DNA of 24,000 nt. Source: an uncultured bacterium (GTDB taxonomy: Bacteria; Bacillota; Clostridia; Oscillospirales; Acutalibacteraceae). Numbering within the stretch: the stretch's first letter is position 1; every line of letters begins with the position of its first letter. The translations under genes and the position numbers were made by a program. Shown here in pieces: positions 16,191-22,993 of this stretch. The DNA is taken from contig CAKXIK010000019.1 of assembly GCA_934875675.1 (NCBI GenBank), forward strand, positions 21,894 to 45,893, given 5' to 3'. Under the pieces are notes generated by a model that ran no database searches, was not told where the DNA came from, and saw only the letters and a program-made list of their open reading frames with translations.

Positions 16191-16711
16191 TGCAAATTGT
16201 TGCAAAAGTCCTTTTTGAGTACATTTTATGCTACCTTGCACAGTCCTTTATTATTACGATGGGGCTTTTTGCGTTTTGTCGTAAAAAGATTGTCCAGCCC
16301 GAATTTTTAATCGCCTCCGGCATTATTTTTGCAGGCTCTGTCATTGTTCGCAATTTGCCGATCAGTTATGGTGTGCCAACGCTGTTTATTATGATGATCA
16401 CTGCGTTGGTGAGCATTTGGTACTTAAAGTTTCCGATCAATCTTTCCATTCGCAGCGCATTGTTTATGACATTGATTCTGTTTGCGGGCGAAATCGGCAA
16501 TATTTTATTTTTAAAATTGATTTTAGGAAATGAGCGGTTTGCACAAGTGATTAATGACGCAGAAACCAAGTTTATTTATGCAATTCCGTCCACAGTGATT
16601 GCATTGGTTATTACGCTGGTTTATTATATTGTTCAGGAAAAAAAGCATGCACTGCAAATTTCTCCGGAAAAGCAGGATCAAACGGAGGATACTACATGGA
16701 ACAATTTTTAG
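16187..16711 (+). CDS. Hypothetical polytopic membrane protein (about 5 TM), translationally coupled between the DUF5317 gene and agrB
   Basis: ORF 16169..16711. I prefer the ATG at 16187 (GGAAGGAAG SD 6 nt upstream), which forms an ATGA overlap with the upstream stop. About five hydrophobic helices are followed by a hydrophilic tail. No family recognised. Confidence 0.55.
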   Translation: MMQIVAKVLFEYILCYLAQSFIITMGLFAFCRKKIVQPEFLIASGIIFAGSVIVRNLPISYGVPTLFIMMITALVSIWYLKFPINLSIRSALFMTLILFAGEIGNILFLKLILGNERFAQVINDAETKFIYAIPSTVIALVITLVYYIVQEKKHALQISPEKQDQTEDTTWNNF

Positions 16712-17331
16712 ACCGATTGTCAGATACAATTGCAGAAAGACTGCATTATGATAAAAATCAGCAGGCGGTTGTGCGCTATGGGTTAGTAGCACTTTCACAA
16801 ACGGTTATTATTTTTTTTCTGCTTGTTATTTTAGGACTTTGCTTTGGTTTCTTTGCCCAAGCGCTTGCAGTGTTTTTTTCGGTTGTTCTTTTGCGCAAGC
16901 AGGAGGGCGGTGCCCATGCCTCTTCTTTGACAGGGTGTTTGATTCTTACCAGCCTTGTTCTGACGGCGTTGGCGGTACTTTCCCGCTATGTTTTTCCGTT
17001 GGCGGGTTCGGTCGCTGCAATGATTTTGATTGTGGTGCTGGGAGTCGTTTGTGTTCTGATTTCCTACCGGCTTGTCCCGGTAGAATCTCCGAATAAACCG
17101 CTTCGCGATCCGAAAAAAATTGCCCGGTTGCGGAGAAATACGTTTTTGCTGCTTGCCGTTTACCTTTCCGCCGCATTTTTACTCGCATTACCAAAGGATG
17201 TTCTGCCGTTTTCTTCTGTGAGCATCGCATTTGCGATTCTTTCCGGAACGGTGTGGCAGACATTCACACTGACAAAACCGGGTCGGTGGCTCGTGGATAA
17301 AATGGAGCTCCCGTTCCGGCGTTTTAATTGA
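16696..17331 (+). CDS. agrB: Accessory gene regulator protein B (AgrD-processing membrane endopeptidase)
   Basis: 211 aa. It has the AgrB-like N-terminus and the catalytic block RKQEGGAHASSLTGCLILTS, with His and Cys 7 residues apart as in S. aureus AgrB H77/C84. There are four or more TM segments and a basic C-terminal region. A GGAGGA SD is present. The start overlaps the upstream gene by 16 nt. Confidence 0.85.
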   Translation: MEQFLDRLSDTIAERLHYDKNQQAVVRYGLVALSQTVIIFFLLVILGLCFGFFAQALAVFFSVVLLRKQEGGAHASSLTGCLILTSLVLTALAVLSRYVFPLAGSVAAMILIVVLGVVCVLISYRLVPVESPNKPLRDPKKIARLRRNTFLLLAVYLSAAFLLALPKDVLPFSSVSIAFAILSGTVWQTFTLTKPGRWLVDKMELPFRRFN

Positions 17332-17382
17332 TCCTAACGGAGTTTTCCGTTAGAATAAAAAATTCTTGAAGGAGGAATTGTC

Positions 17383-17508
17383 ATGCTGAAAAACAAAATT
17401 TTGGGAGTTGTTGCTGTAGCCGCAACATTCCTGGCGTCCATTGCTGCTACCTCCGCCTGCCTCTGGTTTATTTACCAGCCGGAAGAGCCAGAATGCCTTT
17501 CTAAATAA
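17383..17508 (+). CDS. agrD: AgrD autoinducing-peptide precursor (41 aa), missing from the ORF track
   Basis: A GGAGGA SD at 17371-17376 lies 6 nt before the ATG. The translation is MLKNKILGVVAVAATFLASIAATSACLWFIYQPEEPECLSK. It has an amphipathic N-terminal leader, a Cys-containing core and an acidic, proline-containing tail. It lies 51 nt downstream of agrB. It closely resembles C. perfringens AgrD (...TSACLWFTHQPEEP...) as I recall it. Confidence 0.8.
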   Translation: MLKNKILGVVAVAATFLASIAATSACLWFIYQPEEPECLSK

Positions 17509-17552
17509 GGCAATTTGCTTTTCCGTAGGAGGAGAATTTTACACAGCAGGAC

Positions 17553-17672
17553 TCGCACAAAAGGAACCGCAGCTTTTGGAAAAAGGCTGCGGTGCCTTTT
17601 GTATTACGGGGAAATTTGGAACATTGTCACATATTTGAGAAAAAGTAATGAGTCGCAAGAAAAGGAACCGCA
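17553..17672 (+). repeat. Direct repeat TCGCA-N1/2-AAAAGGAACCGCA, two copies about 100 nt apart
   Basis: Copy 1 is at 17553-17571 and overlaps the left arm of the agrD terminator. Copy 2 is at 17653-17672. The 13-mer AAAAGGAACCGCA is identical in both (17559-17571 and 17660-17672). Confidence 0.6.
17563..17603 (+). terminator. Intrinsic terminator after agrD
   Basis: GGAACCGCAGC (17563-17573) pairs with GCTGCGGTGCC (17586-17596), with one mismatch and a 12-nt loop. TTTTGTATT follows. Confidence 0.7.
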
Positions 17673-17849
17673 ATCATTAAGTAGTTGGCTTGTAAGCAGA
17701 TTCTTTCTTTTGTCTGCCATTATCAAAAGATTAGTGTTGCTCGAATCAAGAGATTTCAGATTTTTTTAACAGAAATTAATATGAATTTCGATTGAAACGA
17801 TAGATAAAAATCTTTGGAAAAATCGCGTAGTTCCAAGCTTATTCCTTGA

Positions 17850-17884
17850 TTCTGATACTATTTTATTGAAAATCAGTATCAGAA
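17850..17884. promoter_or_regulatory. Perfect 10-bp inverted repeat TTCTGATACT-N15-AGTATCAGAA just upstream of the GGDEF/HD-GYP gene
   Basis: Arms at 17850-17859 and 17875-17884. The repeat ends 16 nt before the GAAAGGAAA SD of the gene starting at 17918. Confidence 0.35.
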
Positions 17885-17917
17885 GGTATTCTTTGACACA
17901 GAAAGGAAATCTGCGCT

Positions 17918-19585
17918 ATGACTGATTTTGAACGCAGGAGAAGCCAAAAACTAAAAATTATTTTATTTACCTTGAAAATTTTAACAATTCTTTTTTCGGC
18001 GGTTCCGGTGTTTCAAAAAATTTTTCCTCAGGGAGCAACCACTTTTCCAACGAGTGATTACACCAGCACGTTGTTTGCAGAACTGTTTACCGGAGCGGTT
18101 ATCGGTTTAATCATGTTGCTCTGGAGAATGCTCAACAAAGGAAATGTGCGCAGCCGGTTTTATACGGTGTTGGAACTGAGCATATTCTTTCTGCTGATGA
18201 TGCTGGCGGTTTTTTGCAGCGGAGGTCCTACCAGTTCCTATAAATTTTTGTTTTTGTATTTAATTATTTCTCATGCAATTGAATATGGAATTAAGATGGG
18301 ATTTATCGTTTCGGGAATTTCATCGATTCTTGTGCTGGGAACCGATGCATGGGGATTAATCAATCAGGTTCCCGGAAGTTACTTGGAAAACGACATTGCA
18401 ATGATGGCAATGTTTATTTCCATTGCATGGACGTTGGGCTACTATTCCTCAATGGGGGGTCGTTTTATTGAACTTCTCAAGGAACACGCCAATCGGGACG
18501 GACTAACATCCAGCTACAATCATCGTTACTTTTTTGAGGTGTTCGAGCAGGATTTTGAGGAAAGCCGCAGGGATGAAAAAAAGCTCTGCATCGCCATGCT
18601 GGATATTGACCATTTTAAGGAATTTAATGATACCTATGGCCATCAAAAGGGCGATGCCGTGCTGGTACGCGTTGTGAATGAGATGCAGCACTACTTTTCC
18701 ATGACAGATGGAATTTTTCGATATGGTGGAGATGAGTTTGCGGTGATCCTGCGTGACATGTCATCGAAGCAGGCTTGCGAACTGACAGATGCCTTTCGTA
18801 CACACATTGCATCCACGCTCTGTGTGGATGAAGCGGAAAATCCATATCATGTCAAGCTGACGATCTCCGTGGGTATAGCAGAAATTTCACCTTCTATGAA
18901 TAATTATATGGACATGATCGGCAGAGCGGATACGGCACTTTATAATGCAAAATTCCTCAACCGCAACCGTGTAGAGGTTTTTTCTTCCTTGTTTGAGGAA
19001 ATTGATAATTCCGCTGACCTGAAACTGCACAATACGCTCACCTCTATGCGTGCATTGATTTCTGTTATTAATTCGCGCGATGATTACACCTATAATCATA
19101 CCAACCGCGTGGCGAAGTATTGCTGGATGATGGCGCGCCAGTTGGGTTTGAACCGTGACGATGCCAGAACACTGATGGTGGGCGCTTATTTGCACGATTT
19201 GGGCAAGATTAATTATCAAAAAGGTTTGCTGATTGCAGAATCGCCGCTGACCGATGAAGAGTGGGCAGAGCTTAGGAAACATCCCGTTTATGGTGCCGAA
19301 ATCGTGCGGCAGATTGGCGGATTCGAAGATGTTGTTACGTTGATCTTGCAGCATCACGAGCGTTATGACGGCAAAGGCTATCCATATGGTCTTTCAGGGG
19401 AAAAACTCAGCCGACTTTCCCGTGTGCTGACCATTGCAGACTCTTACGATGCAATGGTCAATGACCGTCCGTATAAAAAGAAAAAAACACAGGAGCAAGC
19501 GATTGCCGAATTGGAACGCTGCTCCGGCACACAATTTGATCCCGATCTTGTACAGGAATTTATCCGTATGATTAAAAATATTTGA
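17918..19585 (+). CDS. Membrane-anchored bifunctional c-di-GMP enzyme: N-terminal multi-TM domain + GGDEF diguanylate cyclase + HD-GYP phosphodiesterase
   Basis: 555 aa. The first 190 aa or so contain about 5-6 hydrophobic helices. GGDEF domain: RDGLTSSYNHRYF...MLDIDHFKEFNDTYGHQKGDAVL...FRYGGDEFAVIL. HD-GYP domain: HTNRVAKY...GAYLHDLGKI...HHERYDGKGYPYGL...IADSYDAM. Both catalytic signatures are intact. Confidence 0.9.
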   Translation: MTDFERRRSQKLKIILFTLKILTILFSAVPVFQKIFPQGATTFPTSDYTSTLFAELFTGAVIGLIMLLWRMLNKGNVRSRFYTVLELSIFFLLMMLAVFCSGGPTSSYKFLFLYLIISHAIEYGIKMGFIVSGISSILVLGTDAWGLINQVPGSYLENDIAMMAMFISIAWTLGYYSSMGGRFIELLKEHANRDGLTSSYNHRYFFEVFEQDFEESRRDEKKLCIAMLDIDHFKEFNDTYGHQKGDAVLVRVVNEMQHYFSMTDGIFRYGGDEFAVILRDMSSKQACELTDAFRTHIASTLCVDEAENPYHVKLTISVGIAEISPSMNNYMDMIGRADTALYNAKFLNRNRVEVFSSLFEEIDNSADLKLHNTLTSMRALISVINSRDDYTYNHTNRVAKYCWMMARQLGLNRDDARTLMVGAYLHDLGKINYQKGLLIAESPLTDEEWAELRKHPVYGAEIVRQIGGFEDVVTLILQHHERYDGKGYPYGLSGEKLSRLSRVLTIADSYDAMVNDRPYKKKKTQEQAIAELERCSGTQFDPDLVQEFIRMIKNI

Positions 19586-19600
19586 CCCGGTTATCCGGTT

Positions 19601-19640
19601 CCGTCCGTTTGGAAAATTGCCAAGCGGGCGGCTTTTTTGT
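19601..19640 (+). terminator. Intrinsic terminator after the GGDEF/HD-GYP gene
   Basis: CCGTCCGTTTGG (19601-19612) pairs with CCAAGCGGGCGG (19620-19631): 12 bp including two G-U pairs, with a 7-nt loop. CTTTTTTGT follows. Confidence 0.75.
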
Positions 19641-19864
19641 TGTACAGAGTTTTGTGTGGTGAAGATTGTCTGGTATTTTGTTCGGAATTATTCGGTTTTC
19701 ATTTGGGGTAAAATGTTTTATACTAATACTCATCGGAAGATTATCGCAGTTTCGGAAAAATGTTTCCTTAATTTTTGTGCAAGAAGATTATTCTTTTGCA
19801 GAATCAGGGAATCACACTTTTGCCGTTACAACATGATTCAATGATTTTGAAGGAGGCAGACGAA

Positions 19865-21178
19865 ATGTCCAGTTACCAGACCAGAAAAACTCCTGGCGAT
19901 ACAGAATGGTTTCGCCATGACCGTTTTGGAATGTTCATTCACTGGGGGCTTTATGCGCTTCCGGCGCGCCATGAATGGGTAAAAACATATGAAAAAACAC
20001 CGGAGGAAGTGTATGAGCGCTACTTCCGCCATTTTGATCCCGATCTTTACGATGCGCGCGAATGGGCTCGCCAGGCAAAAGCAGCAGGAATGAAGTATGC
20101 AGTGCTTACCACCAAGCATCACGAAGGCTTTTGCATGTTTGATTCGCAGTATACCGATTACAAATGCACCAATACGCCCGCGGGACGAGACCTGGTGCGG
20201 GAGTATGTGGACGCGTTTCGTGCGGAAGGACTGAAAATCGGGTTCTACTATTCCTTAATTGACTGGCATCACCCCGATTTCCCGATTGATCCGCTGCATC
20301 CGCGCTGCAATGACGAAAATGTGGAGGAACTCAACCGCGGTCGGGATATGCACCGCTATGCCGAGTATATGCGCAATCAAGTGACCGAGCTGCTTACCAA
20401 TTACGGAAAAATTGATATCCTTTGGTTTGATTTTTCCTATTCGAATAATAATCCGCCGGAAAAACCGTGGCTGCGCGGCAAGGGCAAGAAAGATTGGGAA
20501 GCAGAAGAACTGATTGCTACCGCACGCAAGCTGCAGCCGGGCATTATTATTGATAACCGTACCGAAATTGAGCAGGATCTTTGGACGCCCGAGCAGTATC
20601 AACCGCAAAGCTGGGTGCGCCACAAGGAAACCGGAGAGCTTGTTACGTGGGAAGCATGCCAGACATTCTCGGGTTCCTGGGGGTATTTCCGTGATGAAAC
20701 CAGCTGGAAGTCGCCGGAAATGTTGATTCAGATGCTTGTGCAGACGGTTTCCCTCGGCGGAAATCTGCTGATGAACGTGGGACCCACGGCTCGCGGATGT
20801 TTTGATTACCGTGCGCAGGCCGCATTGCAGGTGTTTGCCGACTGGATGAAATTCAATAGTCGTTCCATTTACGGATGCACAATGGCCGAGCCGGAATTTG
20901 TTGCGCCCAACGGCTGTCGTCTGACACAAAGCGAGGACGGCAAACGGCTTTATGTGCACCTGTTCCAATATCCTTATGCATTTTTGGAACTGCCGGGATT
21001 TGGAGGAAAGGTAGAGTATGCACAGTTCCTGCATGATGCCAGTGAAATTCGCTTTACAGAAAACGGCGTGCAGCATTTCGGTGAGGGGCTCAGTCAGGAT
21101 GAGGGACTTCTGGTGCTCAGTCTGCCGGCAGTCAAACCGCCGGTAACCGTTCCGGTCATTGAGCTGTTCCTGAAATAA
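19865..21178 (+). CDS. Alpha-L-fucosidase, glycoside hydrolase family 29
   Basis: ORF 19775..21178. I prefer the ATG at 19865 (MSSYQTRK), with a GGAGG SD about 8 nt upstream. GH29 blocks are present: WFRHDRFGMFIHWGLYALPA, KYAVLTTKHHEGFCMFDS, GLKIGFYYSLIDW, DILWFD, GGNLLMNVGP. Confidence 0.9.
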   Translation: MSSYQTRKTPGDTEWFRHDRFGMFIHWGLYALPARHEWVKTYEKTPEEVYERYFRHFDPDLYDAREWARQAKAAGMKYAVLTTKHHEGFCMFDSQYTDYKCTNTPAGRDLVREYVDAFRAEGLKIGFYYSLIDWHHPDFPIDPLHPRCNDENVEELNRGRDMHRYAEYMRNQVTELLTNYGKIDILWFDFSYSNNNPPEKPWLRGKGKKDWEAEELIATARKLQPGIIIDNRTEIEQDLWTPEQYQPQSWVRHKETGELVTWEACQTFSGSWGYFRDETSWKSPEMLIQMLVQTVSLGGNLLMNVGPTARGCFDYRAQAALQVFADWMKFNSRSIYGCTMAEPEFVAPNGCRLTQSEDGKRLYVHLFQYPYAFLELPGFGGKVEYAQFLHDASEIRFTENGVQHFGEGLSQDEGLLVLSLPAVKPPVTVPVIELFLK

Positions 21179-21230
21179 CATAGGGACGAATGTCATCCGC
21201 ACGTTGCCTATCAAAAAAGAGTTTTGTTCA

Positions 21231-21269
21231 AAAAAGCCGTAGGACTTAAAAATCCTGCGGCTTTTTTTG
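21231..21269. terminator. Bidirectional intrinsic terminator between the convergent fucosidase and decarboxylase genes
   Basis: AGCCGTAGGA (21235-21244) pairs with TCCTGCGGCT (21253-21262), with one G-U. It is flanked by an A-run on the 5' side and a T7 run on the 3' side. Confidence 0.75.
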
Positions 21270-21369
21270 TGACGCGATGAAGGGAGCAATTTATCCTCCC
21301 GCAGACCCCAAGCAGGAGTCTATCTTTTTTATCAGGGAAAGTATGAAAGTGTGTTGAGCATAGCAATGC

Positions 21370-22740
21370 CTATAGTGCCGAGACCACCGTGACAGAAGAA
21401 ATGCCATAATATTCAAACAAGCGGATGGCATCCACGGTTAAAACTTCACCGCTGACAGCAATTGGAATGGCAGGCGGGCAGGCAACCAACGGAGCAGCAC
21501 AAATTCGGCCAAGCGCCTGCGTAAGCGGAATGGTTTCCTGCGCAGAAAAAACCGCATCCCGAATGCACATTGCTTTGGGCAGCGGGGCAATGCCGGGAAA
21601 AGGCTGTATGCCCTGCACGTTTTTCGGCATGGGTGCAGAAAATGCCGCAGCAATGCGGTCGTAATCGCGCGCAGAGTTTTGCGGTGTGAACATCAACACC
21701 ACAAAATCACGGTCGCAAAATTCGCATTCGACCTCAAATTCGCGAAGGCGCTGTGCAATGGCAATTCCGCCGCCGGCTACAGTCCGTGCATCCAGCACCA
21801 GCTTGAGCGGTTCGGTCTGCAGCACAGAGCAGCCGAGCAACATCAGCTTTTTTCGTAGGCCGGATACACGAGCAGCGCAGTCTTTCAGCTTGGCGGGATA
21901 GTCCCCGTCCAACAAAGCGTTGCAACCATCAAGCGATTGCAGAATCAGGTAAGATGGACTGGTGGAACCAAACAACGCCATTGAACCCCGCGCGGCATTA
22001 TAAATTTTGTCGGGCAAACCGGCAGCAAGGTGCAGATATGCGCCGCCGGTCAGCACGGGGAGCGTTTTATGGGCCGAGTCACAGCAAATTGAAGCCCCGC
22101 AATTCATCGGATGAGCCGAAACGCCGTTTGCGTCGGGAAGAAATTTGAGGTATGCCCCGTGTGCATTGTCGACCAAAAGCGGAATGCCGTACTTTTGGCA
22201 GACAACGGCAAGTGCGGCGAGCGGCTGCTGACCGCCAAGGTAGTCCGGTGTGGTGAGAAACACCGCGCAGGGAAGCTCGCCGTGAGATTGCTCAAACGCA
22301 AGAAGTGAGCGGGAAAGCTGGTCAGCCGAAACAGGACAGCTGCAAAGCGAGTTACCCCCATGGGGCGGAAAAATCCATTCCGCATCCATTCCCAGCAGGG
22401 CGCACGCAAAAATAAAAGCCCGATGCACGTTGCGTGCAGCTAAAATCGCCGGATGCCTGCGCGCAGAAAGCTGCATGGCAAGCCGGAGCATGGCACGAAT
22501 GCAAAGAGAAGAACCCTCCGCGGAATAAAAGGTTTGCCCTGCGCCAAAGAGATTTGCTGCATTGCGTTCGCTTTGCGCAATGATGCCGTCCGCCTCATAA
22601 AGAGAATCGGCTCCGGCTATTTCGGTCAGGTCAAGCGGCTCGGGGCCAAGCAGGGGAACTCCCTTGTGCCCCGGCATATGCAGCCGGGAAATGCCGTTTT
22701 GTGCATATTGTTTTGCAAAATTCAAAATTGGCGTTTCCAT
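21370..22740 (-). CDS. PLP-dependent Orn/Lys/Arg decarboxylase family protein (SpeA/YaaO-like)
   Basis: ORF 21370..22767. Family motifs are RLHMPGHKG near the N-terminus and the PLP-lysine block DSAHKTLPVLTGGAYLH. The start is probably the ATG at 22740 (METPILNF), about 13 nt after GGAAAGGA. Upstream ATGs sit too close to the SD. Confidence 0.85.
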   Translation of the reverse strand: METPILNFAKQYAQNGISRLHMPGHKGVPLLGPEPLDLTEIAGADSLYEADGIIAQSERNAANLFGAGQTFYSAEGSSLCIRAMLRLAMQLSARRHPAILAARNVHRAFIFACALLGMDAEWIFPPHGGNSLCSCPVSADQLSRSLLAFEQSHGELPCAVFLTTPDYLGGQQPLAALAVVCQKYGIPLLVDNAHGAYLKFLPDANGVSAHPMNCGASICCDSAHKTLPVLTGGAYLHLAAGLPDKIYNAARGSMALFGSTSPSYLILQSLDGCNALLDGDYPAKLKDCAARVSGLRKKLMLLGCSVLQTEPLKLVLDARTVAGGGIAIAQRLREFEVECEFCDRDFVVLMFTPQNSARDYDRIAAAFSAPMPKNVQGIQPFPGIAPLPKAMCIRDAVFSAQETIPLTQALGRICAAPLVACPPAIPIAVSGEVLTVDAIRLFEYYGISSVTVVSAL

Positions 22741-22843
22741 TGCCGCAATCATTCCTTTCCGGAACAAACTGAAATTGTTATTATAAAATCAGTATAGCAT
22801 ATTTCCCGGGCAAAGCAAAGATAAACAAAGAGACACGGACTTC

Positions 22844-22872
22844 TTGCGCCTGACATTGCTTTGTGATAAAAT
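22844..22872 (+). promoter_or_regulatory. Candidate sigma-A promoter for ychF: TTGCGC-N17-TAAAAT with an extended-10 TG
   Basis: TTGCGC at 22844-22849, TG at 22864-22865, TAAAAT at 22867-22872. Confidence 0.4.
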
Positions 22873-22993
22873 AAGCAAAGACCGCACACGGACAAAAGAA
22901 CTGCAAAACAGAGCAGAATGTGCGCAAAAAGTGAACCGTAATTTTTCGGAAGTTTTGTTCCCTATGATTGTTCAGAATAAAGGAGTTTTTTAA

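Noticed and set aside
17604-17720. 38-codon minus-strand ORF (MADKRKNLLTSQLLNDCGSFSCDSLLFLKYVTMFQISP) opposite the agrD-GGDEF spacer
   Set aside because: It was considered as a possible second Cys-containing signalling peptide. It has no SD and no adjacent processing gene in that orientation, and it does not have the AgrD layout.
17515-17769. 84-aa ORF (and 17441..17638) after agrD, preceded by an AGGAGGAG-like sequence at 17527-17534
   Set aside because: The AGGAGGAG lies inside the ORF and has no start codon at usable spacing. The frame runs straight through a good intrinsic terminator. The composition is basic and low-complexity.
20255-21289. 344-aa minus-strand ORF
   Set aside because: It is antisense to the GH29 fucosidase gene and runs through the bidirectional terminator. 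No motifs are present.
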